A stretch of 64,000 nt of DNA, taken from NCBI GenBank assembly GCA_026026165.1, contig JAPEUD010000006.1, positions 1-64,000 of the forward strand, given 5' to 3'. Positions 1-9,532 of this stretch are shown here, piece after piece. A program made the position numbers and the translations under genes. Below the pieces are notes generated by a model. It saw nothing but the letters and a program-made list of their open reading frames with translations. It did no database searches and was not told where the DNA came from. The first letter of the stretch is position 1. Each line of letters opens with the position of its first letter. Source of the stretch: Sarea resinae (Eukaryota).

Positions 1-231
1 GCTAAGATGCAACGCGGCCTGCAGTGCAGGCAAGCAGCGCCAGCGCAGCATAGAGGGTTAGAGGTAAGGCTAGGAGCACTAGAGGCAATGTTTTATCGCG
101 TCTAACTAGTGGCAACCCTACTGCTGCGATGCTACTTAGTTTAGGCCGGCCTGGCCGGCTAAATAGCTGATAGGCAGAGCAAGCGCGCGGCGCACAGAGA
201 GTTTTTTTCCTTCTAGACAATCTAGCAATAT

Positions 232-254
232 TTTCTTCTAGACTGTCTAGAAGT
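232..254. repeat. 23-bp site TTTCTTCTAGACTGTCTAGAAGT, copy 1 (palindromic core 235-253)
   Basis: Identical to 3034-3056 and 5091-5113; core CTTCTAGAC-T-GTCTAGAAG is a perfect 9-bp inverted repeat. A degenerate partial copy lies at 210-228. Confidence 0.95.
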
Positions 255-306
255 TTGATCGTCGAACAGCGACATCGAGCGACGTCTAAGCTCGCTTAAG
301 CTCTCG

Positions 307-3300
307 CTAAAGGTGCAGGATCACTTCAATTATCACTACTATAGCGTTGCTGACCCACTCTCCCTACACCGGCTAGATGTGCTGTTGCCTGAGCCACTTG
401 CTGTATCCTTTGAGGTCGCCTTGCTAGCTGAGAAATCCGGCCCTGCCGATCAGCTCCTACCCTCTCGCGCTGGCTGCCGCGTCAGCTGCGGCGGTGCGCA
501 CGATCGGCACTAGTCGATTCAGCCACTGACAGCTGGCCTGAGTGTCAACTCTGGTGCGGCAATACCGCTAACTGATGCCGCATTAAAAGCAGCTGTGGGT
601 CTTCTCCTCTAAGTCCTCTCAGAACTGGATTTTCTGTCAGAAGCTATTGACAGCCTGCTTGCTGAGCGCACCCTGCTGCAGGCATCAGTGCCAGCTATGC
701 TCCTACCGCTCTGCCTGCCTAGCCCCTTCCTTAAGCCCCTCGGCCACCTAGCAGACAGCGCACCGCCCTTCGAGCCAGTCGAGTGCCTGCTTGACGACGG
801 CCTGCTGCCGCTCTGCTTTGGCCTCGCGGGTCTGCCACTCGGTCAGGCCCTTGCCGCATCGATCGCACTGCGCCGCCGTGCCTTAGTCGACCTCGCCACA
901 CCGCACCCCCTTTCTGTCAAGGTAGCCGCTCATGATCTGCCGCCGGCAGCCCTAAGTGGTGATAAATTCCCACATCGCCTGCTAGTTAACAGTACGCCCT
1001 ACGACAGCTGCTGCTGTGAGCTGGCTAGCCTCTACAAGCACGACAGCATCTACGTCCTCGCCAGCGCGCCTAGCCTAGCCTGACTCCTGCGCGAAGTCGA
1101 TCATGCTATACAGCACCCTGACGTGCAGCGTCATTAAGATCCTGCTGTAGTTGACCCTAGTGCTAAGCGCGCTAGTAGCGACGATCCAGCCCTCTTCAGA
1201 CGTCTACCGCCTAAGCTGGCGCTCCTTATCCTCTGATGTCGAGTGATAGTAGCCGCACTATAGAGTCTCAGCTAAGGCCTCGCACGCCGCCTAGGTTTGG
1301 CAGTAGATCACCCCTTTCTCTTGCCGCTGCAGTCGCTGCTGCAGCTGCTGTCGACAGAGGTGCGCCGCGCTCTTAAGCAGCTGGCTATCTTCGCACCGCA
1401 CTACTAGATAGCGGGTGCGCGGCTGGATCGTGCGAGCGCGAATGCAGCGCGCCACTAGCATCAGCATGCTGTCAGCTAGCTCCCGCTCTAGAGCAGGCGG
1501 CAATGTCGCGGTTAGTAGTATCATTAGGCACATCATTGTCTGCAGATGCTTGAGATCGTTAAGCCGCGGCCAGTAATCGTTAGCTGTGAACGTCAGGTGA
1601 CACTCGTCCACAACGATCCGCTGCAGCAGACTGTGCCGCTGCAGCGCTGTGGCGTACGTTAAGAAACCCGACCCACTAGCGAGATCAGCGCTGACCACTA
1701 CTACTGCAGCAAAGCTGCTATCGCTATGCCTCTACTCAAGACTGTTAATGCTGACCTGCTGCAATCGGCCGACTAGATCGTTCACTAGGGCGCGGAACAG
1801 CACTACTACCACTGTCACTAGCGGCCCTTGCAGCCCTTTCTCCTGCCGCTGTTGCTTGAGCTAAGCTGGCAGCATAAACAGCAGGCTCTTCCTGCCTCTA
1901 GTAGGCAGCACTACTACAGTCGGCGTCTTATGTCGCAAGATCGCTTGCAATGCCACGCGCTGCTCTGCCGACTTAAACTCCACTCGACTTAACCCTAGCA
2001 ATTGCTGCATGCTAGTAATAACCTCCTCTAAGTCGACGTCAATCTCTTGCCTCGAACTATTATCATCCTCTAGCAGCTGAAACCGCTTGCGGCAGCCACA
2101 GCCTATCACTAGAACTCTTGTTTCTTCTCTCTCCTCTTGCTCCTCCTCTAGCGGCTGCTCCTCCTCTGCTTCCTGCTTGCGCTTCGGCTTTCCCTTAAGC
2201 TTAGGCTTAGACTCGCTCTGCTGCGCTGCACTAGCTAGGCTGCTGCCACTATCAAGCTGTAGGAATGCGTGCCACGCCTGACTCACTTAGCTAAACGCGT
2301 TAAGAGAGCGCGCGCTGAGATTCTAGACGATATCCCTAGAAACGCCATATCGAATTTGCCTGATAGCAGTAGTGTGCCTGGTCTGCAGCTCGAGTTTGTC
2401 CTCCTACTCAAGCTGCAGCTCCTCTACATCCTTAGCCTTGTCCCTACAATGCAGCGCTTGCCCCTTGCTAGTGGCGAATTCCTTGCCCACGAATTTCTAG
2501 CCGATTGTGATCGCTACATGTTAATAGTCCTGCGTGGTCAGCTGACATTTCAACCGCGTGGACGTCTCGCGGCTAAGGACCTAGGTTAGCCGCTCTGTCA
2601 GCCACAGCTGCCCTTTGGCTGTGCCCTAGATAAATTCATTGTCAAGCCCACCCCCTAAGCTGACCGCGGTCTGCAGGTGGCTGTAGAACGGCCGCACGTA
2701 GGCTAGGTAGACGACTATAAGCTGGCTGACTCGCCACAGCAAGAAGCGCGGCACTACCTTTAGGGTATTGTACTAGGCCTAGCTCTTATAGTAGCGGGTC
2801 ACTAGCACAACCAATCTATCTACTACATAGACATTGCAATCCTGCAGCAGGCTGTTGCGATAGCGCACTAACAACTCCTTAGTGCCGCGGCTAGGCTAGC
2901 CCCTAGTCACATAGCAGCTAAAGAGTAGCAGCTTGAGAAAGGCCTGCACGCGCTAGCAGTAGTCCCTAACCAGGCCTAGTTCCTAGCCAGTGCTGTCGCG
3001 CTATTAGAGCGGTTTTTTGTCTTCCCTCCTTTCTTTCTTCTAGACTGTCTAGAAGTATCGAGCCGTGCAGGCGACGCGCGCCACTATTAAGGAGAGCCCC
3101 TAATCGAGCTAGTTCGCCAGATTGCTAAGGAAGGACTAATTCTGCTGCGTGAACGCTATGTCGTCCTTGATGCCAGCTAGGTCGACAGTGAAGCAGTCGC
3201 CTAGTTCGCAGCACCACATCAGCTTAGGCTAGAGGATGGCCTTGGCGGCCTTGATCGCCTGGTGCGCTATCTGCTAGAAGTAGGCGATCACAATCAGCTT

Positions 3301-4947
3301 GCTGCAGAAGCGCAGCGACTAAGCATCCTAGGCCTAGTTTGTCGTCGCTGTGCTTGGCTGCCGCCAGCCGATGTACTTAGCGTATGCAAGCAGGCTAATC
3401 ATCGTGCTTATCAGGGTCAGCGAGCCGTCAGCTAGGAATATCTTGCGCTGCCCTAGGAAGCGCTTCTGCTTAGCCTGGCCCTGCTGCTCCTGCGCGGCTG
3501 CTAGCAGCAGCACCTCGACCCTAATCACCTGCATGCAGTAGACTACTCTAGCTAGCTAGTAGGAGTAGCTTGTCGCTGTGTGCAGCCGCTTAGTAAGGGG
3601 GTCGATGCTGAGCACAGCGAGGAAGTAGACTAGCGCGCTGTCGAAGGGGTCTACTAGTAGTGGGTTAAAGATAAGCGCCTGCGAGAAGGCTAGCACTCAG
3701 TCGACCTGCAGAGCCTTGTCGCTATCAAGCTTGAGCGACTCCTAGACAGCCTGCAAGCGCTTGTTCTGCTCTGCAGTCAGATGCAGCAATTCGTCGGCAT
3801 CCTTTAGCTGCGCGTCAGGTGCGTGGGCGGCAAAGGTGCGGTAGGCGAAGACACGCAGGCAATAGCAGATCAGACGCGCCTAATAGTTAGCATAGCGCAC
3901 CTAAGCCTCCGCGGTCTGCAGCCGACCTAATGGCTTTAGGTGCACCTTAGTGCGCTTCTCGCTGCGCAGCTAGCGGCAGAGCTCGAGCGGTAAGGTAGCT
4001 AGCCTAGCCACGCAGCGCTTGATTATCAGTCAGGTGACCTTAGCGGCCTAGCTAAGGATCTAGTCTAAATCCTGCCGCTGCTGCTGCCGCCGCGGCCGCC
4101 TAAGTCGCTAGTTAGAGAGCTCGCTAGCGTAGAGAAGGTAAGCTATATTCTGGCGGCGCAGGTGGGCCAGCCAGCTAGTGCGACTGAACTAGCTAGTGCG
4201 ATCAGTCTTCTGCACCTTGCTCTTAGTCAAGGCCTGACTCTGCTTGTGCGCGGCCTGCTAAGCATCGAACTCGCGCTAGATCTGACTAGCTAGGTCGTTA
4301 GAGGCTGCTTTGCCTAGCTGATTATTATTGTAGCTCCTCTCTGCGTGCTCCTTTTCTGCCAGCCGCACCAGAAAATATCGCTGCAGCCTGCTAGTAAAGA
4401 AGGTCTGCACTAGAACTAGCTGCTAATTCGGCGAGTCCTCTTCTTCTTCCTCCTCTTAATCGGCAGACTAGGCGTGCTGCTTATTGCTGTGCTTCTGCAT
4501 AATCTAGCGATTCGCTGTGCTAAAACTACAGTCTTAACAGGTAAAGCTGTTAGTAGGTGCCTCTAGAGCGGGAAATGCAGGGCAATTCAGCGGTGGCAAA
4601 GGCACAGCATGCAGATCAAGTAGGCTGCAGCCTTGATACTGCGCTCTAAGCAGACGTCGCTCCTTAGCTAGCATCGCATGACTGTCCTTTAAGTGGCGGT
4701 CTATATTTCAAAGGGTGTAGCCATGTTGACAGCAGATTAGGACCTAATAGTTTGGCTTATAGTGGAATAATAACGATCGCGATCCTGATCTTAATCTTGA
4801 TCCTAATCTCTCTTGCTGCTCCTCTTGCTCCTCTTGCTCCTCTTGCTGCTCTTGTTGCTCTTGTTCTTGCGCCGCCTGCTGCAGCTGCCGCTGCCAGTTA
4901 TCAAGGGCGGCGGCAGCGCTGCTGCAGGCGAAGTGCGTAGTTAGCAT
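307..4947 (-). pseudogene. RIP-inactivated telomere-linked-helicase-type gene (~1550 codons): N-terminal DUF3505/OrsD-like Zn-finger region, central tyrosine-recombinase-like domain, RecQ-family SF2 helicase, C-terminal Cys-rich Zn-binding region
   Basis: ORF fragments 4744-4959, 3334-3534, 1861-2286 and 1291-1698 are all in one minus-strand frame, broken by stop codons. Helicase motifs read across stops: LPTRGRKSLLFMLPA (I), IVVDECH (II), LTATLPP (III), GVIYCQT (IV), ATSALSTRVNY (V), QESG*ARRAG (VI), then CRRQIMSGYLD..C..CDRC (RecQ Zn site). N-terminus has ICCQHGY..RHLKDSH, C*DC..KHSNKQH and VQTFF..RYFLV. In-frame ATG at 4947; 3' end approximate (stop at 307-309 or 286-288). Confidence 0.88.
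3034..3056. repeat. 23-bp palindromic site, copy 2 (inside the helicase pseudogene)
   Basis: Exact match to copies 1 and 3, same orientation. Confidence 0.95.
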
Positions 4948-5262
4948 GCCTTGGCTCACTGTAATAACCTCTTAACCCTCCTTCTTTAACCCTAAGTGAC
5001 GCTTAAACTCTCCTAGTAGATTTCGCTAGCCAGGCTAGCTAAATGGCTAGCAGGCTAGGCAGGCGCAGTGTATATATATAGAGAGAGCTTTTTCTTCTAG
5101 ACTGTCTAGAAGTTTTTTAAAATCTTTAAACAGCGGCTAGTAGATCAGACACAAGCAAGCCTTCTCCTTTCCTTTAAGCGCTGCGCAGGCGCTAGAGGCG
5201 AAGTGCGCTGTTAGTCTGCCTTAGCTAGCTGCAATCACCTCTTAATACCTCGAACCCTAAGT
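4926..5262. repeat. Imperfect 50-bp direct repeat (4926-4975 / 5196-5245), each copy followed by telomere-like AACCCTAAGT
   Basis: About 41/50 identity by eye, 270 bp apart. Confidence 0.8.
5091..5113. repeat. 23-bp palindromic site, copy 3 (upstream of the gene start)
   Basis: Exact match to copies 1 and 2, same orientation. Confidence 0.95.
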
Positions 5263-5519
5263 AACCCCAAGGGACAGGGCAACCCTAAGGGTGGGAAATC
5301 GACGCTGGCAGGCTGGCGATCGAACGAACAAAGGGCAGGCGCGCGGGCGAGGATTGAGGCAGCTATCAAGGTGGTTGGGTCGGTAGGCAGAGGGCGTTTT
5401 TCGACAGGCGCGAAAACACTGTCGAGAAAACACTGTCGATTCTCGCTTATTCTCGCTTGGGCTTGGTTCGATGCCTCGAAGAGGCGAAGATCGGCGAAAA
5501 TCGGCGAGAAGATAGTGTC

Positions 5520-6208
5520 TTTAGCTAGTGCAATGCGGTTAGGCTTTATACAGATAATATCTAGTGTAGATCTAATAACCTTAGTATAGTATCTTAATTT
5601 AGTTCTATAGGCTTTTAAAGAGTAGTAGCAGGCTAGTTTATATGTGTTAGAGAGGTAGTGTAGTGTCTAGGATTTATAATAGATAGATAGAGTATATAGA
5701 ATGTATTTAAAAACATAGTGCAAAAAGTTTAATTATATATATATATAGTAGACTACCTATGTTTTATACCTACACACCTATAGCTAAGCAATCTCTAGGT
5801 AATAGAAAGAATACCTAATACAAACAATTTAAAGCATTTACTTTGTTTATTTACTGCTACTACTCTAGCATAGTGTTAGTAAACTAAGCAAATTAGATAA
5901 AGAACTCTCTTTATTATTAACACTAATTTATTGTTTGCAGCAAACACTAACGCCACTAAGTTGCTAGCAAGATAAAGACTTAACACTATAATATTATATA
6001 TTACAAACAAAGGACCTAGAGGACTAGGTCCTAGGAGAGAAGGTAATTGTAAGGGCTACTATTAATAGAGGTGCTGTATGCAGCTTAGTGTAGCGCAGGG
6101 TAACCACCTAGTGTGGTCTAGCAACGTTTAGGTAAGCTAAGCAAGGTTATTAGTTATATAGATCAATAGGGGCGCTAGCTATTAGGGCTAGCGTTCAGTG
6201 CAATTACA
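5520..6208 (+). mobile_element. RIP-degraded LTR retrotransposon (Gypsy-like) 3' end: PPT-like tract plus a ~161-bp LTR-like segment
   Basis: Very AT/TpA-rich. Purine tract AGGAGAGAAGG-TAAT immediately precedes TGTAA (6048), and the segment ends TTACA (6208). Hairpin AGGACCTAG-AGGA-CTAGGTCCT at 6011-6032. No partner LTR seen. Confidence 0.5.
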
Positions 6209-6390
6209 AAGTCAGTGCCTACTAGCAATATCAATTGTATCAGTTCTGCATCACCAGTATTTTTGTACGTTATTTATTTTTCCTGTTATTCTAACTTTAG
6301 CTTATTATCTATAGGCAAGAAGAGCATAAGCCCGGTTCTATATAACCAGAATGGCAAGTACTTTTCCCTTCTCAAAAAAGAAATTCGTCT

Positions 6391-7040
6391 TTAAGGGTTT
6401 GATAGTGACGGCGATTGAGGTCGAAGTCGTAGGTGGATATCTAAATCGGGGGGAGAAGGCAAGGAGTCTCGGGTTTGAAAAGCGACTTTGCCCGCCGACT
6501 CTTTGCTATTGACCAGCATTGCGGCCTCTGAGCTATCCCTAGAGGAGACTTTCGCGCCTGATGGGATGTCTCTGGTGCCGCTATGGACCCACCACTGAAT
6601 TCCAAGGTCTATGCTTGCGAGACAAATCGTATATTTTGTTTTTGACTTCAGCAGGCGCGCGAAGCTGCTTTTGCTATCAATTTCATTGAGGAAGATCTCG
6701 AAGTCCTTGTTCCAGTGTGCTGCTCGTCCAGTCGGAGGTGGGAGAGCTATATATTGGTGGGGACCAGCCTCTGCGCGGAAGGAGCTCAGGTCAACGTCCG
6801 TTTCTTCTGCGCCTTCAAGCAATTTGAGGAGGCCGATAGCGAGAGCGTAGGGGACATCCAAGACTGAGGCCGATAGCTCCAGAGTAAGAGACCTCGTGTC
6901 TGTATCTTGAGGGGAGCGACGATAGAGGCCGAATACAACGCTGAATAAGAGGCTACCCGACTGATCGAAGATTTGGTATCGACTATTGTTGATGTGTATC
7001 CTGACTTCGTCTTGTTGGGATTCATGATCATATGCTTGAG
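6391..7040 (-). CDS. Fungal hypothetical protein (5' exon(s) not located; possibly 3'-truncated next to RIP DNA)
   Basis: The frame of ORF 6391-6861 stays open upstream to ~7070 (..RYQIFDQSGSLLFSVVFGLYRRSPQDTDTRSLTLELSASVLDVPYALAIGLL..). A CTAAT..CAAG acceptor-like site lies near 7035-7055. Confidence 0.55.
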
Positions 7041-7615
7041 AATTATTGATTAGTAGAAGCCAGTGATCATGGATTCAAGGTGGTGTCTTAGAGCACGTGA
7101 GGTATTTCAGGTGTAGTCAATCATCTGACTTGTGCCGTTCTCAAGTATTCTGAATGTCGTTGGGCAGCTTCACGTACAATATTCTTCCGACAGAATCATC
7201 ATCGTTGATTACCTCTACAAGCACCTATGCGCATCTCATATAGCGATCTAGGCTCGCGACTACATGCGCACAGATGCTGAGATCAACCCGTTACCCATAT
7301 AATCAATAGCTGTAGCTGTTTACTAATCTAGCCATCAAGAAGATGATATTCCCAACACACAGTATTCTGATCTGGAATATGGCATTAACGTGGGGAAAAT
7401 AAGGTTGGCACAGGTGGGAAGCGGTGCTAAGGCGCCCGTGTACAAATTGCGGGTGGCGGAAGTTGCCGTTCCTGCATAACATCCATCTCTGGGTCCAGGC
7501 CTTCCGCACTTATCGTAAATCTGCTCTACGTCCAAGCAGAGGATGGCATCGACCAGCTCCAATTGCATTGAACAGCAAAGATTTTCGCGCTGGAGATACT
7601 TCGATTCGCCTCACC

Positions 7616-8435
7616 ATGTTCAGGCACCCTCGTGACAGCTCACCGCTTCCAGAAGCGTCAGGCCTAGCCCGGATCTTGCTCCCGTTCCGCGTGTTTGCTT
7701 GGGGCCCATTGGCAATGTCCTACCTCGGGGTTCCTATAGTGGTCGGGGTAAACGCGCTCCCGCTGGAACTCTCTACGCATTTCCAATGTACTGACCGATG
7801 ACTAGTTGTATACCATTGTTGTCTCTGACGCAGACTACAAAGCTTCCATCCAGAAACTGCTCGACTACGGGTTCAAAAGGACGGCCCCGAACCGTGCCCC
7901 AGCCGCAGAGGTTTTGGCAGACTTTCCGGATCCTGAGTCTGTTGTAAGGGAGATAAATGCGGAGTATATCCGGCTGGATAACTCGACAGCAACATTCCAA
8001 TATCCTGATCACTACACGGATAGGGCGCAACCGCTAAATCTACTTCCAAACTCCTTCGCACACCTACCAGAGCCGATAATTGGAGACTTGGAGAGCGGCC
8101 AGTATAATGTCTACAACAATCTGTTTTACCCGCTTGAGGGTGCATTGATGGAGAGCTTTGTGCGGGTTGTATTAGATGATGAAGTTGAAGGACCTATCAC
8201 TCAATGGGGTGATACGGTCGGCTCGTGGATTGCTATGATGTGCGGATACTTGGAGGTTGATAATGACATTCTGGACGGATGCTCGGAAAAGAATGCCAGG
8301 ACTTGGTTTAGCATCAATTTTGGGCGAGAGCGCGAGGCTCAGTCCGGACCTATGGACAGACGCATCAGCAAACGCCTTGGTTCGGGAAAGGAGATGACCA
8401 TCGACATGAGAGGCAAACCACTTGGCCCAGAATGA
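7616..8435 (+). CDS. Fungal hypothetical protein with a degenerate nucleotidyltransferase-like N-terminus; exons 7616-7747 and 7806-8435 (~253 aa)
   Basis: ATG at 7616; 58-nt intron GTAAAC..CTGAC..TAG joins in frame; motif WGPLAMSYLGVPIVVG-LYTIVVSDADY. Fold assignment is tentative. Confidence 0.7.
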
Positions 8436-9532
8436 TCCTGTGTACTCATCATCACTGGGGCGCTTAGGTGCCTGCACGATCGAACAATATTTCGATACCG
8501 GTGGGCGTCTGAGTTCAGTCAACTGAAGGACTTGTCTTATCTTGACTTCAGGATGCTTGTAAGCCTCTACCGCCCCTTCACGTCTGATGCGATCGTCCAG
8601 ATCGCCATGTAGAGACTTATGACGGTCGTCGTGCTTAGAATAAACCCTGCGATTCCAATCGTACCTCCACCAAGGGGATCCAAAGCACCAACTTTGGTTG
8701 CAAGTCAAGAACGACTAGGGTTCCTTATTTTTGAATAGCAAAGGATGAATCTGGAAAGTCGAGCCGCCGATTAGGAGATTGAGGCCAGTGTTTCATACCA
8801 TTAAGCGCTCACCTCAACACACACCATCAATTCGTGGGGTGGGGAAAGTGATGACTACCTACCTTATTTCAGGCTGCCATAAGCTTCGCGTAGCGTGTCA
8901 CAATAGTCGATCCGGCCTGATCATGCGGAGTTAGGCAACCACATCAGGGGATATTGACTGATTTCCTCACATTATGATTGGCATTTCTCCTGAACTAAGC
9001 AGCAGAATTACACGTTCAATCACCACATTTCTAGCTATATAAAGTACTATATTTTACCTGTCCAGTAGGGTAGATGAATCGATAGCCAAACAGTCAATAA
9101 TTCAACCTAATAGCGAGCCATTGGCGTACCTGCGCGACCAGATAGCGATGTCCTAAGTTGAAGATCTGACGATTTTCAAGTCACTAGACAACAAACGCTT
9201 TCAACTACAAAACTCACTCAACGCTATCGCATCTTCGAGTTATAGAATAAGCTAAGGAGTTCACTGCCTCTAGCCTATACGGTACGAGATTTGGCATCCT
9301 AATACTAGTCTTGCAGTCCCTTTCAAATCCAGCAGATATACTTGCTTCCGCCAGCAAGCCTTACCACTGCTTGTTATTATATACTAATATAACTTTGACT
9401 TTGGCTATTTATATAGCGCATTCGGAAACGGCTCTCCTTTCAGATTCTGTATATTCTACAGACCCTCTAAATTTCAATCGAGTTTCTCAAGTATTCTGAC
9501 CGGTCGAATGTCCCAGTAAATCGATTATAAGC

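Larger units (their letters stand above)
145..5116 (-). mobile_element. Putative tyrosine-recombinase/RecQ-helicase element bounded by degenerate direct repeats
   Basis: Single gene with YR-like and helicase domains, flanked by similar segments (~145-256 and ~5025-5116) that share an identical 23-mer. Heavy RIP implies it was multicopy. Confidence 0.55.

Noticed and set aside
1..230. Telomere array at the window start
   Set aside because: Only an isolated AGGGTTAG; no tandem (CCCTAA)n tract, so the subtelomeric position is inferred, not seen.
313..3541. Plus-strand ORFs (313-513, 688-1083, 2269-2589, 3350-3541 etc.)
   Set aside because: Antisense shadows of the minus-strand pseudogene.
5660..5830. 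Possible chromodomain remnant (EYIECI*KH..YI**TTY)
   Set aside because: Too degraded and needs a frameshift; cannot be supported by eye.
8172..8708. 178-aa minus-strand ORF
   Set aside because: Non-ATG start, half overlaps the plus-strand gene, no recognisable motif.
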